DNA of 64,000 bases from Oculina patagonica. Its lineage: Eukaryota. Position 1 is the stretch's first letter, and each line of letters opens with the position of its first letter. The stretch lies in the NCBI RefSeq assembly GCF_052425735.1, contig NC_135766.1:26474001-26538000 (forward strand), in the 5' to 3' direction. This document shows positions 50,261 to 64,000 of the stretch, piece after piece. Under the pieces are notes generated by a model that saw only the letters and a list, made by a program, of their open reading frames with translations, searched no databases and was not told the origin of the DNA. The position numbers and the translations under genes were made by a program.

Positions 50261-51958
50261 AAGGAGTGTTTCCTTTTTGTTTTAGTTTACTATTTGCGGA
50301 AAAAACGCAAAACACTTTGCAATTCCTTACAATGCAAGTTAAAGAGTTAATCGAAGCTCGATACTTAGTGCCCAGGGGAGGTAAGATGACAGACCAATGA
50401 AATTGAAGTTTATCACATGGTATGCAAACTTCATCAACTTGAAATAAATAAACAAGTCGTTCTCAACATAACAGTCGACGAAGTCGTAAAAAGGCTAATT
50501 TCTCTGAAATAGTGGGTCGAATTTGTAAGAGGGGCGCGCGCATATTAAGACAGGAATACTTATTAAAATAACCGGCACGCATACATGCATGCACAGGCGG
50601 TGACGCTTTACAATGATCCCAGAAATTGCATTTTTCTTATTCATTTTAATTTTTATTTGCCTTGACTACAAAACGAACCTCCAATACATTACAAACCTAC
50701 AGTATGATAAGATAAATACATTAAATCATTATGAACTTCGTCATTTAGCAACAGAAAGGCCCAGGATTGATTTCCTCACCTAGTCGATACTGAAGATTGT
50801 GTGACATTTCCGTATTGAAATGGTCTGAAATGTAATGAAGTCAACACCGCTTACTAGAATCACTTCCATGCATTTATGCAACTTATCAAACAAAACATTT
50901 TAGATCAGCTAAATCAGCAATAGGGTAGAAGTTCTTTCTTAATTCTGGCTTCTCGTACAAATAGGAATACGGATACCGTCACTGTTTGTTTTTAATGGCT
51001 TGAGATAAATACCCGAATAAATATTATCAAAAGCAGTAAAATGAAGATGGCGAGTCGCGAAGGGAAAAGAAAAGAAAATTAACTTAAACTTAAATACTAT
51101 CGACAACAATGCACGTCAAAGCAAACAAAGATTTCAGATAGCTCACCTTTGCAATCTAATCAAGATACTGCTGCCATCGGTCTCCCTTTTGGAAAGGTTT
51201 CAAAAGTTATGACACTAACCGGCCTTCACTCGTCAAATTCAACATCAGTCAACTTAGTCTGCCATCACGTATGCCGACTTCGAATACACGTATAACGGTA
51301 GAAAAGTTCTTTAAGCGAGCTCACAATTATCCAGTACATCATTCTCCCCTGAACCCAAAACTCTGTTTAACTGTACGTTAGAAATCAAACGCGTTTTGCC
51401 GATGGATGCTCTTAAAGTTGATTCAGTACTCATGACAATCAAAGATGGCGTACCGAAACTGAGTAAACAACAAAGTGCCTAGTTCCCAGTGCTACTCGGT
51501 TGGAGTAATCGTAACATTGCCCGTCCACGGGCCACAACATATAGGCGTCTGTCACCGCCTAAAAAATAGTTTGTTCACTTCCGCCCGCTCTGCGGTCGCT
51601 CGCTGAGTTCGATCACCAGCCACTGTTCGGGAAATGAGAGCGAGGGACTGGGAGGGACAAACAAAGAACGGACTCAAGATAGCTTGCGAGCAGGGTGCTT
51701 AATTGAAAAGACCAAATTAAACTTAAACCTACTATGAAATTGAGATTACCATATGCCTTTTAATATTTCGGGATATCTGATTGCGAACCACTAATAATAA
51801 CTCTCTAATTGACGGCCTTGGGCCGCTGCTTTCTAAACTATGTGACATATTGATGGACTAATCTATACAATTTGACGAAGAATTAAATCGACTGATTTTC
51901 AATATCTCATTTCCAGCAAAAGTCAGTGTTCGCCACTCTAGAAAGATTGGGGAGACTA

Positions 51959-52180
51959 CAGGGTCGTAACCAGGTATATGGGATCAGGGATCACAGCCTC
52001 GAGATCGGGATCATGGACCCGAGATCCCGGGTCACAAGTCATGGGATCCGGATCGGCCAATCAGATGGGATCAGAATGGAATCAGGGATCAAATGTTGCC
52101 ACATTTTGGGGATCAGGAATCAAAATTTAGAGGTAAAATTTGGGATCAGTGATGAAAAAATATACCTGGTTACGACCCTG
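51959..52180. mobile_element. MITE
   Basis: TIR CAGGGTCGTAACCAGGTATAT; AGACTA duplicated on the flanks; internal GGGATC repeats. Confidence 0.8.
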
Positions 52181-52452
52181 AGACTAAGCACCAGATTTCA
52201 ACATAACATTACATTTCAACATTACGTGGATCGTGGTTCAGTTTCCAATGACACTGACCAATCACAGCTCAAATAAGTTAACCAAATGATCCCGGAAATC
52301 CTTGCTCATAAACGTGGTGCTCAGTCCCTGGAGTGGTCGAGTTACATGTTCCTAAGATGAACATTATTGCAGCTAAGAAAGAACATCTACAAAGTAACAG
52401 TATTTAGACAATGATAATGTCTGCAGTAAATATCGATACAACACTATATGCT

Positions 52453-55400
52453 TTAAACAATATATACACCAGGTCCTTGTGAAACTTGTTTTTCAGGAAT
52501 AACTGGTTTTCCCTTGAGCATTTTAACAATAGCTTCAAGACTCATGGCCATTCTCAAGTCGCCATCAACCTTTAATGTCCCTTGCATGTAAGCATCAAAA
52601 GCCGCAGTCTGCCCGTAAAATATCTGCTGCATATCATCAACACTCATTGTAAGTACCACATCTGGGTTATCAACCGGCTTCTCAGTATATATTTGTCCAT
52701 GTCCACTTTTAAGATCTAGATACCACGTTCCACCGTTTTCTCCAAGAATGTTAAACTGAAACATGCCACCAATCTCCTGAACGAGGCTCTCATTTAGAAC
52801 ACTGCTGACCAGCTTTACCAGCTGCTCAGGAGTAAGAAGACTGGGTGTGGTTTCCTTGTTTGCAGAGTGAGAAGGGTCCACTGAAGACTCAGCAGGAGTG
52901 GGGAGGGTGGGTCCACTTCGGATGCTTCCTCCTCCCATTGCTACAAGGGTAAAAAGAACAATGTCATGTAACTTTAGATTAAAAATAGGAAATGACATTG
53001 TTCTGCTACAAAATTGCAAACATTTCAGGAAAATACTGTCCTATGGCATGACAACCCTGGAAATAATTTAATGGCCTTAAGAACAATGAGAACTGTGTTC
53101 TAGGCTTTCAGTTTTATCTTAAATTTTGGTTTCTGATTGCCTCTCCCAGTGGCATCTCATAAGACTCCACACTCAAATTGCATCTGTTGAGAAAGACTGC
53201 ATTTTGCAAGAAACCAGAAGCAAGGTAGCAATTTCATGTGCTCTTGAGATGCATCATCATCATCATCATTATCATCATCGTCAAATCCTTTATTTATAGA
53301 CACAATAAAATCTTTTTAAGCTCAATGCTTGTGGGGTCATGTACTGTGAGGCCCTGCCAGGGGGGTTCCCGTGTCGCTTGTCTGAATTTAAAATTGCGCC
53401 GTGTTGCTGTTTTATCAAACTTCACGTCGCTGTTGATAGTAAGATTGAAGGAAAATTACTTGTCCTTGCCGAAATTTAAGTTTTCCAAAAGGGTCGTGTT
53501 TGTCGCAAATATATATTTTTTGTGCTATCGCTAATTTTTGCGCCATGTCGCTTGTCGGAATTTACCCTGGCAGGGCCTCTACTGTGCGATAAAAATTAAA
53601 ATACAGAAATTATAAAAAGTTAGATGTAGGAGATGGGACAGGCATTAAAACTTTTATTTTTTGAGACATTTCATCTGGTAAGCAAGTCAGTTTAATTAGT
53701 AATTGTGTAACTGCTTTCTGTTTTAGAGCTGAACATACCTGACAACATACTAGTCATGCTAGGATCAGCAAAGGTCATATTACTAAGGTTTAAACCCTGT
53801 GATCCTCCACCAAAGAGAGCAGATAAAGCACCAACGACCTCATCAGCTTCCTTTAACACTCGCACCTCTGACCTTTAATGTTAAAACAACAAATCTAGTG
53901 ATTAGGAGTGTTTCATGATGACATACATGAAGTGGTTTCCAACAACACTGATTTTTTTTTACAAATTATTCCCATAGTAAAATGCAAGCTTACATATAAT
54001 TAAAACAAAATCATAACATGATTCAATTCAGCCATACAGCCACTATTAATTTATCATACTCATTCTACAGTTACATCCAAGAAAATGCAGAACACACTTA
54101 CATTTCAATTCTTGTTATCTCTACACCCCAAACTGCTGAAGCTGCATTGACAACATCCTATTCAGTTTAATAAGAGAACAATTAATAATTGAATAGCTTG
54201 ATGCAAAACTATGTTAAGTGACTTTTAGGATGAAAAATCGTTTTTTCCTTCAAACGTGCCCGAATTTTTGCATGTGGTCTTCAATTTAATGGAAAAACAT
54301 TGTCCTTGAATTAAAATTTCTGGTTTGCACCTTGTCTTCGAGAAAAACTAGAACTATGGTCACTTTAAAACAATAACACGCGGCAAAGAGAGAAAGAGGA
54401 TTAAACTTAGCAGTTACAGTAAAGTAAAGTTAGGGTCAGCTAGTGTTAAGGTTAGGGTTAAGTGTCACGAATGTTATATAAACATTGAACTTGACCGATC
54501 GACAAACTTGAGCGACTGAACAGTGAAAAGAAGTGAAAAATATATAGCAAAATGAACGAGAAATACTTAAACAAAAATGACTTACGCCGTTGCCCTTTCC
54601 TCTCGCCAGCTTCTAACCACAAATGCACTCGCCAAATGTTCAATGTTTTGTTTTCAGTCAGCAAATTTAGGCTGCTATAAAGGTTAATCCATAATATGTT
54701 TTCGCTTTTCCCCAGTTTCTCTCCGTAGTCACGCGTAACGCAATTTGATCTTGACTCACAAGCAACGATCGTTCTTTTAAACATTCAGGCCTTTTATTCC
54801 TGGAAAGGATCACAGCTTAGGGCTATTTTTTGTCGAAATGAAGCAATTTGTTGCTTTTCTTGGTAAAAATTATCCTTTTCTGTCGATTCTGTTGTGTTCT
54901 GTTGATTGAGTGAGCGTTTTCCGTCTTTGCCGTGCCGAACGAACTTTGTTTATTGTGACAATGCGTATCGAATGACGTATCCATTAAAGATTATTATGGG
55001 ATATCCCTGAGTAGCTGAAATACGGGAAGTCCTATCGCCAAATCTAAGAGAATTTTTATAAGTCTAAAAGCACCTCCTTATTTCCAAACGTTCAACGCGG
55101 CAACACAAGGCAAATGAGCCAAAACTTCGAGAAAATAACGTTTTTTGGAACAGAAGTTGCTTCTAGACCTCGCCTGGCTCGATGCGCCTTCGAAAGCCAA
55201 GTTTACCGCCAGTCTTGGCAGGGCTTAGCAATCTTCAGGCAGCAACACATCTCGCTTCTTTGAGATATGCTAGTGGCTTACGGGTTTCCAGACTTAATGA
55301 TGTCCTTTCACCACCAGACGGGCGCAAATATGTGTCAAATGAGCGAAAATAAGCGGACTTCTAATGCATAAGGTGAGTTTTCAACTGGTCTGATTGAAAG

Positions 55401-57389
55401 TCTTGTTGCCTCGGCTTCGCGCGCCAAAATAATTCAAACGTAAGCTTACGTCACTAAGTAGTATAAGAAATTCATTTCCAGATCCCGTTTTTGAGCGAGC
55501 GAATAAATTCCCCCCCCCCCCCCAAAACAAAAGGACAACGATTTTCTATTTAATCGAAGACCACACGCAAAAATTCTGGCACGTTTGAGCAAAAATTCAG
55601 GCGCGTATGAAGGAAAAAACGATTTTTCAACTTAAAAGTCACTTAGCACAGTTTTGCATCAAGCTATTCAATTATTGTGTTGTTCCAGGAAATGTCCATA
55701 TCTTCCCTGTGGAAGGCTTTTCAGTTGGTTTGAATCCCCCACCAACCCACCCAACCAATCCTTAACCATTCCTCCAGAAATTCCAGTTAAGCTATATAAT
55801 TTCTTCAAAATTTTTTGCCTTTTTTAGACCACATGCCGTCCAAATTTCCAAATATGACTTTCCGTGGTAACAGATATTTTCTGGAACTGCACATTTTATC
55901 TGGATACCAGATAGTATTGGTAGTTGGACTGCTCACGAATTTGATGTATGCTTAATTGTAACATATTTGCACTCTTTTCTGTTTTTAACTGTAATTAAAA
56001 AACCTTTTTTTACTTATGTTTGGCTGACAATTTTTGGTTCTTAAAAATGTGTAAAAGTGCTAAAAAATAACAAATGCCAACTGGACTATCTACAGTAGGA
56101 TTATATAACTCAGGCACACCATGTGGCACAAATAGCACATGCATCCCAGGTGTCCCAGGTAGCACAAGTAAACAGGCATCCCAATAGGCTCAAGCAATCT
56201 TACACCAAAAAATATTATCTGACCATTACTTTTGTTATTGAATGGATGTGTTACCTGAACTTGCTTGTTGATAAATTTTCTGTCATGTTGAACTTCAAGA
56301 AGCTTCCTGGAAGCCAGAGAATTAACAAGTGTTGTTTGGGCGAGCATACGTAAGGAATGATTTAGGTCTTGCACTGCTGTCTTGGACAAAACTGCATCTT
56401 TGATGCTGAAGTGTACCTCTGCACCCACTGACACATACCCTCCATCACTGGTGCGTATCTTGGAAGAAATGACAACAAAATGCAAATTAACAGCAGATCA
56501 CTACAACTGCCCTAAGAGGCACAGCATTTGCACCAGCTTTAGGGTCATTTTTAAGGCCTCTTATACCTGCCAACTTTTGCTGGGTCAAAGGTGTGAGATT
56601 TTTATCTGAGAGTGCCAGGATTTCCGAAGTTGATAGGACCATGTCCGAAGTTTTCTGAAGACGTCCGAAGTATTCCGAAGACGTTCTGAACATATCCCGA
56701 TCCCAGTGCATGGACGTGTTTTGCTAATCACAACTTCATTCCCAATGCTTTTCTTGTCAAAACTCTGAGATTTCGGGGAAAGTATCGTCATTTACTCATT
56801 TCACATGGAGTTTTTGTTTCGCACATTGCTTTGAGTTTACACAATATTGAAAATTGTGTCGGTTATGGTTGTAATAACTCACATTTTTCAACAAGACGCG
56901 AGAAATTGGTTCGTAAGCGTGAGTTGGCGTGAGATCGAAGTTTTCAACTCGCAGGCGTGAGAGTTGGCAAGTATAGGATTAATCTCTATAAGTTTGCAAG
57001 GTACTATCAGTTGCCCTCACAACAGTTAATGTATCTGTAGTTAATCAACACTTAAGTATACTGTATGTATTTTATGAGAAAATGAACATTAAAACATACA
57101 TTGCATTGCATCTGAAAGCACTGAAAAATGGTTTGTTGGTTCTAAGCAAATATTTGTGATCAATAACCAAGTTTAAAAACAGTTATTGACCTTGGTCATC
57201 AGAAAATACTGTTAAGACAGTACTGTTTTTCATGACAGTTTTTTTTTATAACAGCTTTTAAAAGCCAGAAGTACACCTATAACAACAACCATAACCGATT
57301 TAAATATAATTTTATATATTATACTGTAGTATACTTTTTTATAATTTATTTTCATTATTCCTGTGAAGTGCTTTGAACAGTATTATGAC

Positions 57390-57474
<85 letters not shown>

Positions 57475-59008
57475 TATACCTGTTGAGGTGGCACGCTAAA
57501 AGCCCTGGCTCTTGTGTCAACCCTTGTCCATACATCAATACAAGGGTTAATAAACACCACTCCTGAAAATAGAATTTCAATACATGACATTAATTTTAAG
57601 GATATTTATTAATAATTGGTAGTAATATAATGAATTAAAACTGACCTGGTCCCTTGGGAGGTAATAGTTTTCCCAGTCTAAAGATGACAGCTCTTTCATA
57701 ATCCTTTATCACCTGAATGTGTACAAATACATTGAATTTATCAGTAATGTCCAGTTACAGGAAATATTCATACTCATTCCAAGGAAAGCAACTGTAAACT
57801 TTGAGGGGAGGGCAGTTTCAATTGCCTTTTTTAGGAAAGTGTGAAGCTAAAATGTTATTTCCAGAGGGGTGGGAGGGAATTGCATATGTTGTAGTACAAT
57901 GTTACCCAGGGGGGGGGGTACCCCATAAAAAAAGTGGCAGGGATGCTCATCGGAAAAGGAAAGGCGTGGCTCAAGCTTCTTTAGACCTCTAAAAGATACC
58001 AAAACTCTGAAAATAGGATTTATATTTGTATATTTTTTTGTGTGCAACCCTAAACGAGACCCTGACAGCTAAAAATATTGCCCAAAACACCTTAAGCGAG
58101 ACCCAAAATCCGAAATTTATACCCATAAGTGAGTCGACAGGCATCCTTGCCCCTGGCAATTTTACCCTTGGTACAATTTGGCAATTTGCTTTGTTTTTTA
58201 TTATCATACATTTCCATACACCAGAACAAAGGAAAATACCAAATCGTACCAAGGGTAAAATTGTACCACAACAGATATTCTCAGGAAAAAAAAATTAAAA
58301 TCATTGTGCATTATTAACAAAAATAATTTTGTTGCATGGCTTAACTTTAGCAGTAGTTTTTCTCCCTAAAATTAGATTGATTGCTAGAAGGATGTACTGA
58401 CAGCAATAAACAGCCAAACCATCTCTTGGTTTACTCATAGTATTGAGCATGCTCAGTAGCTGTCAGCTGTACCACAAATGTAAGCAGGCATGTTTTGTTC
58501 GATATAAAAACCTTTGTCGGTCAGAAAACTCCTGGCTTCCCTTCGCTGAAGGTCAAGCGCATTTAAATCTATTCTAACAATCGAAAGGTTGTTGCGTTGG
58601 GTTGCCATATAACGACATGACCTTTGAAAGGCAGTCTCCTCTTTTTTTTTTTTGCTAATTAAACTAATGATTTCTCTTATTTGGTACAGTGTTTGTGTGA
58701 TAAAGACCGAAACTTACCTTTACACAGAAGAACAGTGATATCGGAAAAGTGGCAAGTAGAAGAACTGAAGACATGAATGAAACGAAAAATTCCACGATAT
58801 TCCACTCTGATGGTTTGCCTATAAAAACATTAAGTGAGAAACGGCGATCATAAAAAGCTATTTTTGTGGCTTCGAAGGCTTTGCACGAAATGCAAATTTA
58901 TGACCAGCACAAGTCGTTTAAAATTAAGACACCTGCTTTATCGCTTCCATCGTAATACACTGCTACTTGATGCTCTGGTACTCGGGTATAAGTGAATGCT
59001 TTGGCCAT
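52453..59008 (-). CDS. STOML1: Stomatin-like protein 1 (SPFH plus SCP2 sterol-binding domain, 402 aa); exons 59008-58933, 58818-58718, 57712-57646, 57562-57480, 56458-56255, 54157-54102, 53872-53739, 52940-52453
   Basis: Phase-consistent GT-AG model (1209 nt). Band-7 domain: [26 protein letters not shown]...GPGVVFINPCID. SCP2 domain: GTWYLDLK...AYMQGTLKVDGD. Confidence 0.92.
53348..53579. mobile_element. MITE
   Basis: TIR GAGGCCCTGCCAGGG; TACTGT target duplication. Confidence 0.8.
54184..55676. mobile_element. 1.5-kb non-autonomous DNA transposon in a STOML1 intron
   Basis: Long imperfect TIR AATAATTGAATAGCTTGATGCAAAACT...AGTTTTGCATCAAGCTATTCAATTATT. Confidence 0.75.
57381..57473. repeat. 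(TAT)n microsatellite
   Basis: About 30 trinucleotide units next to the STOML1 exon-4 donor. Confidence 0.95.
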
Positions 59009-59136
59009 CGATCCCTCAGACGATTTTACGCCATTTCTCTACAGACACAACACAAACAGACATCCACTTCGCATCTTCGAAGCCAAAGTTTGAGCCCCAA
59101 CTTCATTTCGTCAGCGGTCATTTTACTAAATCCAAA
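59009..59136. promoter_or_regulatory. Compact bidirectional promoter/5'UTR region between STOML1 and MRPL1
   Basis: 128 bp between divergent ATGs. A YY1-like CAAAATGGCGGC overlaps the MRPL1 start. Confidence 0.7.
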
Positions 59137-62100
59137 ATGGCGGCGCCGGTTGGTTTTGTCGGGCGCAGATTCACATCCAAATCCAGTCCGCTTTTACTCC
59201 TTTCCCGGAGCTATGCGGCCAAAAGGTTCAGAAGGAAAAGGCAACTGGCGCCATACGAAAATCTCAAGCTTCAAGACCATAATGTGTATTTACTGAGCGA
59301 GCGAGATCCTCCCAAGCACAGTTTCACTGAAGCCATGAGTGCTCTGCGCGCGTACAATATCTCCTTGAGCGGGATTGTTGATCAGATTGTTGAGCTTCAC
59401 ATCAGGGTAAACATGGGAGAAAAAGGGGTGAGTAACTTGTAGGAAGAATTATTTACTGATGAAGCTGTTCTGCAAAGATCTACATGGTGTAGTCCTGAGT
59501 GTTTTAATATGCAAAAAATCAACTGAGCAACAAATTAATGCACCTGTCAATGTTGAGCCCCAGGGTAGGGGGGAAGACCCATGGGATTTTTACATTTTTG
59601 GAAGCCAGAGTCAAATTCCCCACGCCTGGGCACCTAGTGAATGTCAAATTTTGACACATCTCCTCTTAAATTTCTAACCAAGCAGACCATTTGAGATGTC
59701 AAAATTCCTACCCTGGGAGAGCTTCACGATGTCAAATTCCCGTGGGTTGCCCCCCCCCCCCCTGCCCTGGGGCTTAACATTGACAGGTGTATAGTTAGCC
59801 GTTGTGCGACAAATGCAGACTCCAGAGCTCCACTCTGGTTAGCCTTTTTATGGTTAGCTTTCAATAATGGTAATGGTGACACAAAATAAACTTAATAATT
59901 CTGCAAGTGTGCAGGTTGCATTTGTTGCATACCACGAATTAGCAACTAGCAACAACCAATCAGATCTTGCTAATGCTGCATGCATAAATTATTTAGTATT
60001 AGAACCATGTCATATCTCTTAGGGTAAATGAAGTACCGGGTAAGTGTAATTTTTATGAAAAGACCAATCAATCAATCAATCAGTCAATAATTTAATTCCT
60101 TGTTGCTGCAAATACCTGTTAATTTATGCACATCGGTAGGGACATGCAACTAGAGAAGATTTATTATGCATCGACACTTTGATTATTTTGCGTTATAATT
60201 ATTTATTTTCATGCTTCCTCATGTACATGTTGGGTGTTGCACATTAAGTTCAGATGAACATACGGTCACATTTTCATTCATTTTTGTCCTTACAACTTCT
60301 CTGTGAATCTTTTAACCTTCAATGATTAAGGGTTAATAAATGATGTGCAAGTCAATAAATGTTGGGAAACAAACCAGAATTGATGTAATCTCTGTCTCTA
60401 TAAATAGACATCCGGCCTGCCCCTTTGATGTCTGAAGAGGTTTAACTGTAGTCGTAGTTCACATGGTTCTTTCCTTTGGTTCTTCTGAGGTTTCCCTAAA
60501 CTCACTCTCACTTTCAGCCCACATGCACATGAAATTCTACATGCATCCTTAAATTGTGTCACTAGCAGCACCTGTTTTGTTAATTAATACACTGCATTCT
60601 GATATTTGTATTTTACAGAAGAACAAGATCAATCCATTTCATGGTCTGATGTTGCTTCCCAAACCTTATGGGGTGGAAAGAAAGGTTCTAGTTTTTGCCA
60701 AGGTATGAAGCTGTAAAATATTAGAAGCATTTCTTAAATTTCCTTTCAGTGTGCCATAAGATGAAGTGCACAGTATAAATTTATATGAGAAAGAAACATC
60801 TGGCAACAGGAAGACTTTCAATAAAGTCCTTCGTCTTATTTAGACAATTTATGGCCTGCAGGAACTTTGTTGCTCATTTTTGGGACGTTGTCGCTCGCTT
60901 AACTGCGAGGTCGACCTGTGGCAAGTCTAGGCAACAGAGTCACCATCTTGGATACGTCATTTACTTCTCCGGGAGGGGAGCATCCATGCTCTGTATCACT
61001 TTTGCTCCTTCCCTAAAGAAAGAATGGAGACTCTATGATCAAATTTAATATGATGCCTAATGATTTCAATGCATAAAATAGAGCAATAGTTCACATTTAA
61101 ATTATCACATCATTATCATCATCATCATCTGTTCTTTTCACACCCATGGTGCACATACAGCCTCAATTATCACATGCAGCTCTAAATTCTTTGCTTGAAA
61201 ACCTATTTTTCAGGATGAAGCTGCTGAGGCTGCAAGAAATGCTGGGGGAAATATTGTAGGAGGAGAGGAACTTATTAAGCAGGTACATGTACTTTAAATG
61301 CAGTACCGGTATACATGTACTGTGTGTGTAAATGAATGGTGCGAAGAACCTTGGACTCTTGGATTCTTTTGGTCCAAGAGTAATTGAAACATGTACAGTA
61401 ATTTCTTATTTGAAGATGTTGCTCTGGTATCATAGCAATTTATAGAAGTTTTCAGAACTTGGAGTGTAGAATAATATAAGGAGGTTAATAACAAGCTCAA
61501 ATTTTTTAAAAAAACCAGGAACACTCTTTTATTCAATGTATGCTACGCATTGATCTGATAAAGTGATATTCCTGGCTTTTGTTAGATGTTTGCTTGCTTA
61601 CTTTTTTTTTTATTCTATGTATTTATCAATATTAATGCTATATGCCTTTATTATTGAAGGTTTCAGCTGGCGAGGTGACAGACTTTGATCAGTGCCTCTG
61701 CACCTTGGAATTTCTTGACAAAATGAAACCATTACAACAAGTACTCAAGGAAAAGATGCCAACAACTCGAAGAGGTAATACATCCACTAAAAAATTAGCC
61801 TGCGAGCAGGCTCTCTATTCGGGGGAAACGTGAATAATTCTCTATTCGGGGGAAACGTGAATATATTATTATTGAACTCCTTGAGCACCGAAGGCGCGAT
61901 CCCACGAGTGCCCAAGGCGCGAGTGTGTGGGCGATTTTGGTCGCAGGCTCGCTTCGCTCGCCGCGCACTCGCGGGATCGCGCCTTCGGCGCTCGAAGAGT
62001 TCAATATTCACGTTGCCCCCGATAGAGAGCCTGCTCGCAGGCTACTAAAAAATGACCACACAACCAATAATAGTGTGCATTAGATGGCTAAAAATGTTCG

Positions 62101-63331
62101 GGTTGTAGCCAGGCATGTTAAAAATTTGAATTAATAAGTTGACACTGGCTAAAATTATTGTTTTTGGACGTTTCGGCCACTACTGTTGCCTTCTTCTGCA
62201 ATATAAAAATGCAAATGTTCAACGGCGTCCTGTTAAAATATGTAACGAATGTGTGATAAAAACTAAATGAACTTTCTGAGTGCAAGAGACTTTTGTTGCA
62301 CTCAGAAAGTTCATTTAGTTTTTATCACACATTCGTTACATATTTTAACAGGACGCCGTTGAACATTTGCATTTTTATATTGCAGAAGAAGGCAACAGTA
62401 GTGGCCGAAACGTCCAAAAACAATAATTTTAGCCAGTGTCAACTTATTAATTCAAATTTTTAGATGGCTAAAATATTATAATATTTCACTGCATGATTTT
62501 TTGTGTTTAAGGTACTGCATCTGATGACATTGCTGCTGCCATAGAAACATACAAAAAGGGTCATCCATATAAGTGCGACAAAGACGGCATCATTGATATC
62601 GGAGTAGGAAAGGTAGAATAACTCATTAACCTTTAGCTCGTGAATTTTTTATAAACTCTGTTTTCTGTTACTTATAAATATGTCTAAGCATCGTTTCATT
62701 GTGCAGAAAGGCTGTTTTACCACACCAAATTTTTGTGAGGTCAAATTTTACAATTTTTGGCAATGTTTTTAAAATCATAATAATTTGATATTGCAAAAAA
62801 GAAAGTGGCTCATTTAATAAAAGTAAATGTTTAAAAAAAGTTTCAAATTTTTAAAAGTTAAGTACCAGGAAATATTGCTCTTCCAAAATTGCAAAATAAA
62901 GTTGTTCCAAAAAAAATCTTGTTATAAAGTACATGTTTTTGATTATGTGCCTTTGGAAATGTTTTTCTTTATTTTATGTATTTATTTTTACAGCTCAGCT
63001 TTACTGATTCAGAGGTCAGAATTAACAGTGCAGCAGTATTATCTACTGTTGCCACACACAGAATATCTACCAAAGGTATTTTGCATAAATTTTAAATTGA
63101 TGTATTGTATATAAATTTATATATTTTTAATTTGTACACATTTTAAATTGTAGGCATGCAATGTGTGCAAAGGCTGTGTTCGGTATAAATCATGTCTGTA
63201 AATGGTTTACCAGTGATAAATTGTATTAACCATTTAATTTTCTTTTGTCAGGTGCATTCTTTAAGGAGCTGATCGTTTCGTACACATGTGGCCCTAGATA
63301 TGCTCTTCACCTGGATGAGTGGGTTGGCTGA
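59137..63331 (+). CDS. MRPL1: Mitochondrial ribosomal protein uL1m (273 aa); exons 59137-59427, 60619-60702, 61214-61282, 61660-61774, 62512-62612, 62994-63075, 63252-63331
   Basis: Arg/Ser-rich presequence and L1 motifs (LPKPYG...KVLVFAK, AGGNIVGGEELIKQ, MPTTRRGT, IGVGKLSF). Phase-consistent 822-nt model. Confidence 0.88.
61796..62044. mobile_element. Palindromic MITE with a 9-bp TSD (AcademH/MuDR-type)
   Basis: TIR TAGCCTGCGAGCAGGCTCTCTAT; TSD CTAAAAAAT. Confidence 0.85.
62119..62462. repeat. Perfect 167-bp inverted repeat (10-nt spacer), Penelope pLTR-like
   Basis: Arms at 62119-62285 and 62296-62462. TAGATGGCTAAAA is duplicated at 62081 and 62461. Hammerhead-like core at 62383-62414. 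Confidence 0.9.
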
Positions 63332-64000
63332 TAGCACTGGTGATAAACAAGAGATCCAACAGAAATGAGAAGTAAAACGAAACGCAGATTCCAAGGCAGG
63401 TGCAATGTTTACCTTCTCTACATATGCTGCAGATCATCTCTACTTGCAAGTTGTTGCTGTTTTGGAAGGTTGTGAATTATGGCACACGCTGTAATAACAG
63501 CACAAGATTCGTGGTAAACTCAAAGAAAAAAAAACTTTTAATTCCAAGAGATCCTAACTGTACATAATTCTACTGATGCTATCACACTTTTCTTAGAATG
63601 ATAAATTACCTCGAACCTGCATGTATTACATGAAAGCGTGAACGTAAAGGAATTTAACACATTATGACACACATTGCCCCTGCAGTGAGTACCCAAGAAA
63701 GATGTAACAAACTTGAAATTAACTCTCAAAATAAACATTTTCGGTTCCACGGAAGTTGATAGTAGGACAACAATGCAACAATATGAAACGAACAAGACTG
63801 GTAAAGGCAGAGACAGATAAACCACAGGATGCCCACAGAATCAAAGCGTGTCTGGGTTACCTGTACGTGATATAACTGACTTAAGTGCAAAACAGTATTG
63901 ATGAAAGAAGTACAAACACAAACAAACAAATTACAAACGAAAGTTAAAGAAACGTTGACGCAGCTGAGTGCAATTGTAAATAAGGGTTTTAAAAAAATGA

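Noticed and set aside
57363-57566. Poly-Tyr ORF (also 44363-44602)
   Set aside because: Microsatellite or LINE-tail translations.

Overview
Animal genomic DNA with spliceosomal introns. The repeat landscape resembles an anthozoan/coral, which is an inference. There is one 500-N scaffold gap at 2539-3038. Housekeeping genes: a 6-exon PDCD2L (-), the last exon of a second inverted PDCD2L copy at the window start, and STOML1 (-) head-to-head with MRPL1 (+). Around PDCD2L lies a duplicated glycosyltransferase/tRNA-Thr(TGT) cluster. It holds five NodZ/FUT8-like fucosyltransferase copies (three intact, one frameshifted, one fragment), an intronless DxD glycosyltransferase with an inverted pseudogene, and eight tRNA-Thr copies, two of them split by a MITE. 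The most unusual object is a 7-kb tyrosine-recombinase retrotransposon (27020-33987) inserted just upstream of PDCD2L. It has flush 65-bp terminal inverted repeats and no evident ICR. Its gag, RT-RNaseH-methyltransferase and YR ORFs do not overlap, and all three can be reached in frame by alternative splicing from one leader exon. The shared intron carries an array of 12 covarying stem-loops, most with a GGAG-containing loop, which is a candidate packaging signal. Three Penelope-type hammerhead ribozyme motifs and many MITE, SINE and LINE remnants are also present. All gene models and family assignments were made by eye, without database searches.
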